A DNA stretch of 64,000 nt. It comes from Chiloscyllium plagiosum (taxonomy: Eukaryota). Both the position numbers and the translations under genes were made by a program. The stretch is taken from NCBI RefSeq assembly GCF_004010195.1, contig NC_057718.1:25738670-25802669 (forward strand), read 5' to 3'. This document shows, in pieces, positions 1 to 12,938 of this stretch. The notes beneath the pieces were generated by a model. The model was not told the DNA's origin. It did no database searches and saw only the letters and a program-made list of their open reading frames with translations. Numbering within the stretch: position 1 is the first letter of the stretch; each line of letters starts with the position of its first letter.

Positions 1-59
1 TCACCACAGACACTCAGTTCCAACAGAGTATACTATCCTGAAAATCCACTGCAGAAATT

Positions 60-370
60 CACTAAAGATCCTCAGGTTCTATCTTCCAAACTCAGGACCA
101 CTTCCATCTAGAAGGACAAGGGCAGCAGATAAATGGGAACACCACCAGCTGCAAATTCCTCTCCAAACCACTCACCATCTCGACTTGGAAATTTATCACT
201 CTCACTGGGTCACAATCCTGGAATTCCCTATCCAAGGGCATTGTGGCCCAACCTGTAAGACTGCAATGATTCAAGAAAGCAGCTCTCCACCACTTTCTCA
301 AGAACAACCGGGCAATGGCATTAAGTGCTGACCAACAAGCGATGCCCACATCCCATGAGTGATTAGAAAA
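60..370 (+). mobile_element. 3' end of a CR1/L2-group LINE (same family as 35780-37130 and 63735-64000)
   Basis: The motif gggaacaccacc..tgcaa.ttcc.ctccaa..cactcaccatc recurs in reverse orientation at ~36000 and ~63870-63910. Confidence 0.55.
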
Positions 371-574
371 AGATCTCTCTTAATGCGGGCATTTCCAAGT
401 CTTTTTTTTTTAAGATCTAGGATTGAATTTCCTCAAAGTCTTTCTGACTTGGACTACCATAATGCCTGCTCATGTCTGGTAATACAATCTTATTTCTGAA
501 TTCTGCATTACGCAAAACTGCTGAGACCATTCTCAAGAGTGGAAGTACCGGCACACCAGCTTTATCGGGTCATA

Positions 575-3534
575 AAATCGGTAGAGTGAAATGGAAGATA
601 GATGAGGAGGCTTTTGAATCTGAAAAGGACAAGTCAGTTAGTAAAGACAGAGAAGAGCAAATCAGAGAACGAACTAACTCTGAAGAATTAAACTGCATTT
701 ATTTCAATGTAAGGTATCCTACAGGTAAGGCCAATAAACTTGAGGCATGTTCGGGAAAATGGGATTGGGAAGTTATAGCAATTACGGAAATTTAGCTGAT
801 GATGGACAGGACTGGCTTAATGTTCCAGGTTTCAGATGTTGTAGGAAGGATAGAAAGAGAGGCAAAAGAGAAGGCAGAGTGGCGTTTTTGATTAAGGGAA
901 ACATTACTGCTGAAACTAGAGAAGATATATCTGAAAAATCATCCTATGAAAATATATGGTTTGCAATTAGAAAGGAAAAGAATTATATTCTTGATCAGGG
1001 ATTGTACTAAGCACCTCACAAATCATCAGAGGGAAATTAAGGAACAAATATGTAGAGAGATCTCAGGTATATGTAAGAATAATAAGGTTATAACAGTAGG
1101 TGATTTTAATGTTCCAAACATTGACTGTGATTATTTGTAGTGTTAAAGGTTTGGATGGTGAAGAGTTTGTTAAATGTGTTCAAGAAAATTTTCTTCAACA
1201 ATATGGAAATGTTCATACTAGAGATGGAGCAAAACTTGATCTTCTCTTCAGTAATAAGAGAGGGAAAGTGATTGAATTGATCGCAGGGGAATACTTTGGG
1301 TCTAGTGATCATAATTCTATTTGTTTTAAATTAGTTATGGAAAAAGACAAGACTTCCAAAACAAGGAAAATTTTTAATTGGAGTAAGGCAAATTTGATTG
1401 GTAAGATACAAGAACTTGCCAAAATTGATTGGAGTAGACCATTCACAGTAAAAGGTCGTCTGTTAAGTGGGAGCCTTTCAAAAATGTGATAATGAGAGTT
1501 CAGAGGTATTATGTTCCTGCTAGAGTGAAAGGTAAAGCTCGTAGGAGTAGACAACAATGAATGAATAAAAATATTGAGGTTTGTAGTCAAGAATAAAAAC
1601 GAATAATATATTAGGTATAGACAACTGGGATCAAATGAATCTCTCAAACAATATAAAGAGTGTGGAGGCATTCTTAAGAGGGAGATCAGCAAGTCAACCA
1701 GGGAATATGAGAGAACCTTGGCAACCTAGGTTCAGGATAATCCGAAGAGGTTCTATAAGTACGTTAAGAGCAAGGAAAACATCTACAGAGGGATTTTGGC
1801 CCCAGAAAGGTCAAAGAGGTTGTCTTTGTGTAGAACCTCAGGAAATTGGAGAAAAAAAAATGAATATTTTGTGTCAGTTTTTACTGAGTAGAAAGGAATG
1901 GAGGCTAAAGAGCTCAGGAAAATAAATATTAATGTTTTGAAAACTCCATATTACAGAAGATGTGCTGGAGGTCTTAGAAATATAAAGGTGGATAAATCTC
2001 TGGGACCTGAGCTAGTGTATCCCTGGACTTTTTGTGGGAAGTTAGGGAGGAAATTGCAGTGCCCTTGTAGAAAGGTTTGTATCATCTATAACTACAGGTA
2101 AGGTGCTGGATGACTGGAGTGTGGCTAATTTTGTGCCTTTGTTTAAGAAGGGATGTAAGGAGAGTGTCTGGGAATTATAGACCAGTGAGTCTTCCTTTGG
2201 TGGCAGGTACATTGTTGGAAGTGATTTATATGCATTTGGAGAGGCAAGGAATGATTAGGTTTAGTCAGCATTGTTTTGTGTGAAGGAAATCATACCTCAC
2301 ACAATTGATTGTGTTTTTTCAGGAAGTAACCAAGAAGATTGATGAGGGCAGAGCAGTAGGCATTGTTTACTTGGACTTTAGTTTAGCATTTGACAAGGTT
2401 CCACATGGTAGTTGAGTTAGAAATGTTAGATCACATGGGATTCAGAGGGAGTTTGCCAGTTGGATACAAAATTGGCTTAATGGCAGAAGACAGAGAGTGA
2501 TGGTAGATGGTTGTTTTTTGGACTGGAAGCCAGTGACTAGCAGTGTCCCACAAGGATCAGTGCTGAGTCCACTTTTATTTGTCATTTATATAAATGATAT
2601 AGATAAGAACATAGAAGGTATGGCTAGTAGGTTTGTGGATAACACCAAGATTGGTGATATAGTCAACAGTGAAGTAGGCTATCTAAGCTTACAAAGAGAT
2701 CTTGATCCATTAGGTCAATGGGCTGAAGAGTGGCAATTGGAATTTAATTTGGATAAATGCAAAGTATTGCATATAGGTAAAATGATCAAGAGCAGGACTT
2801 ACATACTTAAAAGTAGGGTCCTGGGGAGGGTTGAAGAACAGAGACTTAGGGATTTAGTTACATAATTCTTTGAAATTTGCCTCATATATGGACAGGGTAG
2901 TTAAGAAGGCGTTTAGTGTTGTTGCTCTCATTATTCAGACATTTGAGTATAAGATTTGGGATTTTATTTTGTGGTTGTACAGGACATGGGTGAGGCCTGT
3001 ATTGGAGTACTGTGTCCAGTTCTGGTTGCTCTATTATAGGAAGGAATAATATTAAATTGGAGAGGATTCAAAAGAGATTTACCAGGATGTTACCAGGAGG
3101 GTTTGAGCTATCGGGAAAGGCTTGATCAGCTGTGACATTTTTTACTGGAAGTTGAGGGGTTACCTTAAAGAGGTTAATAAAATTATGAGAGTCATTGATA
3201 AGGTGAATGTTAGGTGTCGTTTCCTTTGGGTGGGTTGTTTCATGACTAGGGAGCATATTTTTCAGGTGAGAGAAGAAAATGTTTTTGAAAAATCATGATA
3301 AACAATTTGTTTACACAGAGAATGGTTTGTGTGTGGAATGAACTTCCAGAGGAAATAATGGATGGGGGTACAGTTACAATGTTTAAAAGACATTAAAATA
3401 AGTACATGAATAAGAAATGTTTGGATGGATATGGACCAAGGGCAGGCAAGTGGCACTAGTTTATTCTGGGATTACTGTCAGCATGAATGAGTTAGACCAA
3501 ACGGTCTGTTTCTGTGCTGTATAACTATGACTCT
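575..3534 (+). mobile_element. Decayed CR1 (HER1-like) LINE ORF2: APE endonuclease, RT and 3' tail
   Basis: Broken ORFs with LNCIYFN, VGDFN, GSSDHNSI, VPQGSVLSPLLFVIYIND and FVDNTK motifs. Ends in the CR1 tail ctgtttctgtgctgtataactatgactcta. Confidence 0.92.
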
Positions 3535-3858
3535 AAACCGTTGGCACTAAAAGGCTGAAATTTCTTAAGCTTTCTTAGCTGTATTAAACAAATACAGCTT
3601 GTGGCCTCCTTAAAACTACTCTTAGCCACACTGAGCAAATAGTGGTACTGAGGACATTTTAGCTGAGGACACCACTTCTCGGAATTCTCCTTTGACCTCA
3701 CTGCTTGGAGTCTGCTATCTGGAGTTACCTCTTCACTTTCATTGCTCTCCCAGTTCAATTAACTTTTCTTGCAGCACATTTTCAGACAAATAGAAACCAA
3801 ATGACATTCCCAAGCTCCACCCATCCCCATGACAGTGTAGCCTGCTCTGAGCTATTGG

Positions 3859-3976
3859 GAGAAAGTGAGGACTGGAAATCAGAGTCGAAAAGTGTGGCTC
3901 TGGAAAAGCATAGCAGGTCAGGCAGCATCCGAGGAGCGGGAGAGCCGACACTTCAGGCATAAACCCTTCATCAGGA
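3859..3976 (-). mobile_element. Short PLE-derived element (family A) with degenerate hammerhead motif
   Basis: 15-bp TSD gctctgagctattgg (3844-3858 / 3977-3991). The sequence matches the 3' end of the PLE at 29520-29651. Confidence 0.85.
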
Positions 3977-6214
3977 GCTCTGAGCTATTGGTAACTTGAC
4001 TTGTAGGTTACAAAACTCTCATTTAAAATATCATGTTTGCTCTGATAAAATAAATGAGGTTTAAAGCTTTTCAGAGTTCACTGAATGCTTTTAACTAACT
4101 CAGATTTACTTTCCAAAACAGACACTCTTTCCGGACTGTTCTTACTACAAGTAGGGCCAACATCATTACTGTAGCTTAGCAATCCCATTTGCTGTTTCTG
4201 ATCTTACCTTTCTGATTGTTAACCTTTTAAAACAATATGACTCAAACGTTTTAAGTACACTATATCTCAAGGTTTTCTAATTACATTTATCCAGTTCTGA
4301 GCAGTTAAGTTTGAATTCCTAAAATTACAAGTAAGATTCTAACTGAGATGCATGGACCATGAATTAACTTTTGCAACAATATCAATAAAACAAGCTTGGG
4401 AGGAGAATCAAGAACTGAGCAATACATTTGCATTATTTTGAGCAATAAGTCTTGGAGGGATTACATGAAAAAATGAAAGCACATTTAGACTTTTAATTGA
4501 TAGGTTAGAAAGAGTTTAACAGTAAGTAACAGGAATCATGATACCAGTACTACCTGAAAAAGCTTTTACAGTTCTCTGACCTGGAAATTAATTGAGGACA
4601 AAATGAATTCATCTGCCAGTAACACCTCTTGGGCTATTTCATACACCTTACTGGTCACGTAGTTTGGAATGACAGGTGGATTTCTTCATGGTTAATATTA
4701 CTTGACTTGCAATGGGCACACACTGCGAATATTGTTCATTCTTTGCAACCAAATACTTTTGAATGTTGTCTGCAGTCTTTACAACTTGAATTTATGCTGA
4801 GACTAAGTCACTTGCATTTCCGTAACCTAGTGAGATACTTGCAAGGTCCTCTCCGAGTTTAAACAAGATTCAATCCACACGAGCTGAAACTGGAGAGCAC
4901 ATAAGAATTCTAGATGTGTGAGCCACATACCCAAACAAGGGTTGAGGTAGTGTAGTGTAAAGTGAACCCACTTCAGACTGAAGGCAATGGAAGATGAGTG
5001 CAGTGTGCACTGTATGGTAGCCACCTTGCATCCTGCAGCAGAAGAGATTGGGTAGAAATTAGAAATATTCAAATCAAAGACTTTTACATCTGACTTAAAT
5101 GCAAAAATCTTGGAGCTAATTTCCTTCTATCTTGTTGAATGACATGAGGCATTTGTTTCTAAGACCACTATTATTTGTATCTGATGTGAGATTTACTACC
5201 CAGGAATATCAATATTTATAGCTAGGTAGTTTTGGGAAAAGAATGCACTTAATCATTAGGGAGCATTTTGTTCCTCTATACATTCAGATTTCTGTGTGCC
5301 GAGTGAGATGAATACCAGTTAAGGGCTGGTCCCCAGTTGCATAGGCAGTGCACATTACACAATGGAGTTGGGAACTCAGTGAGCTGTATTTGATGCAGCA
5401 CATCCCTCTCTCGCTAGTGTATGGTTGACTGACTGATTTCTCCGACATTCCCAGTTCATAATATGCAAGTCTACAAATAAGTAATTTTTCACACATAGTG
5501 CTGCCAACAGAACCAACAATACCAATGTGATATGCAAGGCAAATTGGAAGTCAAGAGAAAAAGTGGCCAAAGGCACTGTTATAGAGATATGGTTTAAAGA
5601 TGCTCGTAAGGTGTGACAGTTACAACAAGGTGGCAGGACTTTTAGATTTTGAGGTGAGAAAGCTTACTGTATTACAATCAGGAAATGCAGTAAATGGACA
5701 CACTTCAGTGTACAAGTAGGAGAACAAAGAGCACAAACAGGATAGAAAAAACTTGCAGAAATAGATTGGACCTTTCAGTGGGGGATTCATGTGGAAGAAT
5801 GCACTGGAGGTTGGAGAATCAATGAGTAGGAGAGTGAGACTTAGCAATATGTAGCAAGCTGCTGGCTTACTTCTGGCAGATTGTAATTTCTGAGGCATTG
5901 AGCTTGAATTCTGGTGAAGCAGTACAGAGATTAAACCCAGACAAACTGAAGGCCAGAATGCAAATTTCAGTAATGGGAAATATGAGAGAAAAGGAAGAAA
6001 GAAGTGTGCATGTTGTGTCTTACATTTTTTTTTTGAATGTCCCATGATGTTTTACAACAGATTAATTGAGTGTTGTCACTGTTTTTACTATTCAAGCACA
6101 GTAGCCAAGTGGCACTAATCTAGGTTTCGCAAATAGATGAATGTTTTTCTTGTCTTTTAATGGTGTTGATTGAGGGCATAGTGATGACTCAGGCCATCAG
6201 ACCTCCAACTGTTG

Positions 6215-6400
6215 AAAAAGGGAAATGCTAGAATGCTTAACAGGGCTAGCAGCTTTGGTGGGGAAAGGAAAACAGAGCTAACACTCTGATGACATGTTAT
6301 CAACCTGAAGCATAAACCTTATTCTCTCCAGAGATGATATTTGACCCACTGAAAATTTCTAGCCACACTCTTCGCATTTCAGATTTCCAGCACCGCTGAT
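6215..6400. mobile_element. Old palindromic PLE-type short element (family C)
   Basis: Diverged inverted arms similar to 59465-59680. Confidence 0.5.
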
Positions 6401-6439
6401 ATTATGTTTATGAACTCCAACTATTATCAATTTTGGCTC

Positions 6440-6740
6440 AAAACAAACGCTCTCACCTCTGAGCCATAAGCTATGGATTCAAGTTGCACCTCAGAAAGCC
6501 TAGTGGAGCATCCTACTTGCTACTTCAATACAGAATTGAGAGAATGCTGGACTGCTGGGAATCTTATCTTTGTATGAAATATTAAATCTAGCAGGGACTG
6601 TTCTGTGATGTGCTATGAATTATTTGAAGAGATTATTCATAAGAGCAGAACAGTTCTCCTCTATGCCCTCAGTTGACACCACAAAAAAGCTTATCTGATC
6701 AAGATCTCCACTTAGCTGGCTCACTTTGCACACTTCCATT
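6440..6740 (+). mobile_element. Degenerate Deu-domain/SacSINE-like SINE
   Basis: tRNA-like head remnant (ctctcacctctgag..ggattcaagt) plus a Deu-like segment (tatttgaaga..gagcag..gttctcc..tatgccctca). A related minus-strand copy lies at ~56040-56190. Confidence 0.45.
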
Positions 6741-6824
6741 GGTCACAAAATGGCTCTTTAATTAATATCAAACATGGACTTCCATCCATCTGCAGAAGGA
6801 GGTCTTGCCTCACAGAACTGCTGG

Positions 6825-7020
6825 GAGTAAGCGAGGACTGCAGATGCTGGAGAGTCAGAGTCAAATAGTGTGGTACTGGAAAAGCACAGCAGGTCAGGCA
6901 GCATCCGAGGAGCGATTTGACATTTTGAGCATAATGAAGGGCTTATGCCAAAACCTCAACTCGCCTGCTCCTCAGATGCTGTCTGACCTGCTGTGGTTTT
7001 CCAACACCACACTTTTTGAT
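6825..7020. mobile_element. Fold-back PLE-derived element (family A)
   Basis: Inverted arms gtgtggtactggaaaagcacagcaggtcaggcagcatc / gatgctgtctgacctgctgtggttttccaacaccacac. 15-bp TSD tcacagaactgctgg / tcatagagctgctgg (6810-6824 / 7021-7035). Confidence 0.8.
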
Positions 7021-7074
7021 TCATAGAGCTGCTGGCCAATTGGCAGCCAACAACAGATAGTGCCAGCAGAAGCA

Positions 7075-9025
7075 ATGGCTTCTTCTGTGAGGAACAAGAG
7101 GATGACCAGAGGGAGGGTAGGGCTGATCAGGGATAGTGGAGGGAACTTGTGCCTGGAGTCGGATGAGCTAGGGCAGATCCTTAATGAATACTTTGCTTCA
7201 GTGTTCACTAGTGAGAGAGAACATGTCGTTTGTGAGGACAGCATGAAAATGGGTTAATGTTAAGAAGAAGGATGTGCTGTAAATTTTGAAAAACATGAGG
7301 ATAGGTAAGTCTCTTGGGCCAGACGAGATATACCCAAGGTATCATTCCTGAAAAAGGGCTCATGCCCGAAACGTCGATTCTCTTGCTTCTTGGATGCTGC
7401 CTGACCTCTGCACTTTTCCAGCAACACATTTTCAGCTCTGATCTCCAGCATCTGCAGTCCTCACATTCTCCCAGATGAGATATACCCAAGGTTACTACAG
7501 GGAGTGAGGGAAGAGATCGCTGCACTTTGGCAAAGATCTCTGCATCCTCACTATCCACTGGAGTAATACCCCAGGTGATTGGAAAGTGGCAAATGTTATT
7601 ATTCCTTTGTTCAAGCATGGGAATAGAGATAATCATGGGAATTGCTGACCAGTCAGTCTTATATCGATGGTGGGCCAATTGTTGGAGAGGATTCTGATAG
7701 ACAGGATTTATGATTATTTGGAAAAGCATAGTTTGGTTAGATATCGTCAGCATGGCTTTGTGAGGGGTAGGTCATGTCTCCAAGCCTTGTTAAATTCTTT
7801 GAGGATGTGACAAAAAAATTCTGATGAAGATAGAGCAGTGGATGTGGTGTGTATAGATTTTAGCAAAGTGTTTGGTGAGGTTCCCCATGCTATGTTCATT
7901 CAGAAAATAAGGAGGCATGGGATACAGGGAAATTTGGCTGTTTGGATACAGAATTAACTGGCTCATAGAAGACAAAGGGGGTTGGTAGATGGGAGGTATT
8001 TAGCCTGGAGTTTGGTTAGCAGTGGTGTCCCGCAGGGATCTTTTCTGGGACCTCTGCTCTTTGTGATTTTTATCTATGACTTGGATGAGGAAGTGGAAAG
8101 GTGGGTAGTGGGTTAGTAAGTTTGCCAATGACATGAAGGTTGGTGGAGTTTTGGATAGTGTGGAGGGCTGTTGTAGGTTTCAATGGGACATTAACAGGAT
8201 GCAGAGTTGGGCTGATAAGTGGCAGATGGAGTTCAATCTGGAAAAGTGTGAAGTGGTTCATTTTGAAAGGTTGAATTTGAATGCAGGTTAGAGGATTAAG
8301 GCAGGCTTCTTGGTAGTGTGGAGGAACAGAGGGATCTTGGGGTCCATGGCCATAGATCCCTCAAAATTGCCACCCAAGTTGATAGGGTTGGTAAGAAGTC
8401 ATATGGTGTGTTGGCTTTTGTTAGCAAGGGTACTGAGTTTAAAAGCTGCGAGGTTGAGCTGCAGCTCTATGAAACCCTAGTTAGACCCCACACTTGGAAT
8501 ATTGTGTTCAGTTCTCATTGTTTCATTATAGGAAGGATGTAGAAGCTTTAGAGAGGGTACAGAGGAGATTTACCAGGATCCTGCTTAGACTGGAGGGCAT
8601 GTCTTATGAAGAAAAGTTGAGGGAGCTAGGGCTTTTCCCATTGGAGAGAAGAAGAATGAGAGGTAACTTGATAGAGGTGTACAAGTAGTAAGAGGCATAG
8701 ACATAGATAGAATGGATAGTCAGAACCTTTTCCCAGGGTGGAAATGGCTATCATGAGAAGGCATAATTTTAAGGTGATTGAAGGAAGGTTTAAGGGAGAT
8801 GTCAGAGGTCGGTTCTTTATACAGAGAGTGGTGGGTGTGGAATGGACTGCTGGCGGTGGTAGTAGAGTCAGATACATTAGGAACATTTAACTGACTCTTG
8901 GATGGGCACAGGGAAGATAGTAAAATGAAGGATATGTAGGTTAGTTGGATCTTAGAATAGGCTAAAAGGTCAGCACAACATCAAGGGCCAAAGGGCCTGT
9001 ACTGTGCTGTACTGTTCTATGTTCT
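7075..9025 (+). mobile_element. Decayed CR1 LINE, 5'-truncated
   Basis: ILNEYFASVFT, QHGF, VPQGS and LERVQRRFTR motifs with frameshifts, and a CR1 3' tail. Confidence 0.9.
7341..7470 (+). mobile_element. 130-bp PLE-derived element (family A) inserted in CR1, hammerhead motif at its 5' end
   Basis: 22-bp TSD ccagaYgagatatacccaaggt (7319-7340 / 7471-7492). Contains ATTC CTGAAAA A GGGC TCAT GCCC GAAAC GTC GATT. Confidence 0.9.
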
Positions 9026-9825
9026 GCAGGTAGGCCAATAGGTTGGCAGTCAGCAAAGGACCCGAACATTTAAGTCTGCCCAGGATCTCACCAGGGCCAA
9101 GCTGGCAGAGCCTGGTAAAGAATGGGGTGGAAGAATAGATGTGGTAGAGTTGGTATGGTAGCACAAGGTAGGTGTGTGGAGGCAAACTGTGAGGGGAGAT
9201 ATCTCTGATTGGCATGAGCCATTCCTTCCTTTGTAGGCAGAAGTAAACCTATGGGGATGGCATCGCTTCCCCCTGCTCAGTGACAGTGTCAGTGGAGTGA
9301 GGCCCTTAGTTGGATAGGTGACACACCAGATGTATCTCCCCATTGTTTCTGGTTGGTTTGGGATGGGAGGGCCAGGACATCATTCTTGCCTGTGGGTTGC
9401 CTATAGATTTCAGCCTGTTAGCCAAAAAGTGGTGAAAACAGATTTTACTAATTATCTTATCCATTGCAGTTTTCATCTAAAATTATTTCATACAAGAATA
9501 AATGTCAAAGTTGCTATTGTCTAGGTTTGGTGGAAAAGTTAACCTTGTACTATCGCAGCTCTGCTCTGGACCGAAGCTTGCACACCTACCATCTTCTAAG
9601 AGGCAGAATCTGTACGATAATCAGGTTAACTGTGTCAGTCTCTAAAATCATATGGATTATTTGAGAATTTTTGAGCAGCTTTCAGAACTAATGCTGAAAT
9701 GAAAAGTAAGTCCTGTTCCAGTGGCGATTGTTTGATGCCTGGAGTAAATGACATTCTAGGTGACTTCGTCCTATCCCAGGCAGAGGGTTAAAATAATATC
9801 TGAATACAACCCACAACACTCCCGT

Positions 9826-10081
9826 CAGGTGACAGTCTGTGTGGAGTTTGCACATTCTCCCTGTGTCTGCATGGGTTCCCTACAAGTGCTCTGATTTCCT
9901 CCCACAGTCCAAAGATGTGCAAGTTAGGTGAAATGGCATACTTAATCGCCCATAGTGTTAGGTGCATTAGTCGGGGTAAATGTTGGGAAATGAGTCTGGG
10001 TGGGTACTCTTTGGAGGGTCGGTGTGGACTTGTTGGGCTGAAGAGCCTGTTTCCACACTGTAGGGAATCTAATCTAATCTA
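9826..10081 (+). mobile_element. HE1-type SINE (5'-truncated)
   Basis: gtgtggagtttgcacattctccc...cccacagtccaaagatgtgc...ggcctgtttccacactg-type body and (aatct)n tail. Confidence 0.85.
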
Positions 10082-11837
10082 AAATACTTTCATTGTCCGG
10101 ATTTTTAGCCTACAGTTTTCAGGGACTCTTTTGGGGGAGAAACTGGTCTATATTAGCGACATGAAACCATCTGGGCAGCTAATTTTTCATTGGCTGTTTT
10201 TAAGTTCCCATTGATATTGCCAAAATTCTTCATGTTGAAGAAAGTAAAATTGATGGTGAGTCTAAGAGACAAGTCTCCACCGAGAGTTTGAAATACAGAT
10301 CTGTGAGCTTCATTAACAAGGAGATTGGGTGCGGTAAACAGTCAAGTCCCTATTTGACTTGAGCCTATTTTATATTGCTGACTTGGACCAGTCCATTCCC
10401 TTTAGGGCTACTTGTCATGTGAATTGCTGTTTCACGTGAATTTTTCTCCAAGATAAGCTGTCGCTGTATAAAATGAAAAATACATTGATTTTTGTTGTGG
10501 AAGTATGAGTTTTCACAGAGAGAAAAAAACTTTTTTTTTTGAATCCACATTGGTATTCAGGACTGATATTGCTCTGAGCTGTCTGAGATTTGGTATATGT
10601 TTTGTATGTAAGTGAGGGAGTAGATGAAAAGAGACAGTCTCTGCCAGATCTAGCCTTAGAGTGACAGCCTGTATGATGACAGAACACTTCATCCCTGAGC
10701 TAGATGAAGTAAATTATCCAGCTTCTTTTTTGAAAAAAAAATTGTCTACTAGTTAGACAATGCTACTGGGAGACTGTTCAAGGTGCCTTTATTGCATAGC
10801 TCAAGCTGCCTACCTTGAATCTATGCACTACAGGGATAGAGAGATGTCAGCTGATGTTGCAGCATGTTTCATTGAAGCTACTGTATAAATTTTTTTTTTA
10901 TATACTAATCTGAGGAGTGGATGTAAAGTCATGAATCTTCAAAACTGAATCACAGTATAATCTACAATAGACACAATCACTGTTCAGATTGGATTTTTAT
11001 GGAACATTTAAGAAGTACAATACTTATTTATTGACTGCCAATCACTAAGTATTTCTCTCCTGCTGGGAGAATGGGAAGACGTGATCCTTGAGTTTGTTTG
11101 TAAGCCTTGTCTACCTTGGATTGTAAACAGGAGTATGAGCTCAAGCAAGTAAGAACACTGTGTCCCCTTGGAGTAACAAGCCAGTTATAGCAGTGCCAGA
11201 TTGTGTTGCAAACGCTGATCTCCTGCCCCATGATATCTGGCTTCTGTTCTGCTCCGTGATACTCCTTCATTAGCTGTTTCGGTTTCCAATTCATAACTTG
11301 ATGCTTTGTTTTCTGCTTCGGAAATGGTCTCTTGAATTGGGAACTATTGTTGAGAATTCCTGGTCTTCTGGATTGCATGCAAGTTGGGAGTTGCTACATC
11401 CAACATGGGACACAGAGCCGAGTAGTAGGTTGGGTCAGGAGTCTGAGTAAGCAATAAGAATGTTTAGAATGAGGCAATGTGACAGGGCAAGTCTGTGATT
11501 TGGGAGAGTGTTCGGGTGTCTTTCTTAAGGAGAAGAGCTAAGATACATGTGGACTTGTCACACATGAAACTTTAATCTGCCACTCTCCTGCACTTTAGCT
11601 AGCTGCAGGAAATGTGTTGGGTGTGGAGCAAAGCAGAAATCAAACCAGGAATTGTTCTGTTCCATCTGATTGAGAGCACAATCTCTCACACATGCAGGTT
11701 GTAAATAAGAGAAAGAGAACTGTAAAGATCAACAAGAAATTAGAGAAAAACTACAGCAATGGGAAAAGTGAATAAAAGAGTAGAGGGAAGAATACTTTTA
11801 GTAACACTTAACCATCCCATGTAATCTAAGTGACAGA

Positions 11838-12013
11838 GAGAAGAAAGTGAGGACTGCAGAGGCTGGAGATCAGAGTTGAGAGTGTGGTGCTGGAAAAGCA
11901 CAGCAGGTCAGGCAGCATCCGAGAGGCAGGTGAAATGATGTTTCGGGCATAAGTCCTTCATCAGGAATAAGAGAATAAGATTCTCCTGCTTCTCAGATTC
12001 TGCCTGACCTGCT
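11838..12013 (-). mobile_element. PLE-derived short element (family A) with partial fold-back
   Basis: 14-bp TSD atctaagtgacaga (11824-11837 / 12014-12027). Minus-strand ATTC CTGATGA A GGAC TTAT GCCC GAAAC ATC. Confidence 0.85.
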
Positions 12014-12784
12014 ATCTAAGTGACAGACATAGATTGATAGGTTTATGTTTTTGAGGTGTAGCTATTTAGACCTGTCCAAAAATGATGTTCCGTCAGGCAT
12101 CACTAAAGTTGAAAAGGTTGGGAATAAGATAACAGTAATCAGAAAGTATGCTGCAACATAATGTTTTAGAAACTTGTAAATGATGGGCAAATTGTTTGAT
12201 ATTTCTAAAAATCATGGAAAATAGTTGGTTAATCTAAGAAGTGGTGCAATGTTTTTATTTGCTTAGTGACAACAAAAATTGGTGGAAGAATATATTGGAT
12301 TTTAGGAACTTCAATACAGAACAAAAAGATCTAATGAGTATAATAATATTGACTCTCTCCTCATTGAAGAAGAAAAGTACATCCAAGAATAGAAACCAGT
12401 CCACAGGCCCAACATAGTCAGAATGGGCTTTGTCCAAAACAACTTGTCTTCAAGTTGTTTGCTTCTGTAGTGCATGTGTGTGGAGTGAAGAAATTGGTAT
12501 AAGACGGTTAAGAGAAAGAAAATAAACGAACCAATCCATTAGATTTTCCAAACATCATGGTGGTGAAAATCATTAGATTTTCTTGTCCTTCCTCACTAAC
12601 TCCTAATTTTAGCTAATCCATTAACTACTTATTTAGGAAAGGAATTTGTGCCTTGAAACAATTTCTTATTTTGTTATTTAGTTTTATTTCACAGTCTGGT
12701 TTCTTTATTTTGACTGCTGCAGCCCCATCTGTGATCCCAATCATACTCTGCGTCATCCAACCACACAAATGGTGAGCGGTATAA

Positions 12785-12885
12785 AATAGAAAACGCTGGA
12801 GAAATTCATCAAGTCTGGCACATATGTGGAGAAGGAAACAGAGTTAATGTTTTGAGTCTGATATGACTCTTCTTCAGAACTTCAG
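12785..12885 (-). mobile_element. PLE-type short element (family C) with hammerhead motif
   Basis: Minus strand 12881-12842 reads AGTT CTGAAGA A GAGTC atatca GACTC aAAAC aTT AACT. Confidence 0.65.
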
Positions 12886-12938
12886 CATTCACAAAATTTT
12901 ATTTTAGTGCTGAGTGATACTTAAGTTCACACTAATGA

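Noticed and set aside
5620..6045. 141-aa minus-strand ORF
   Set aside because: Low-complexity, compositionally biased translation with no recognisable homology. Likely a chance ORF.
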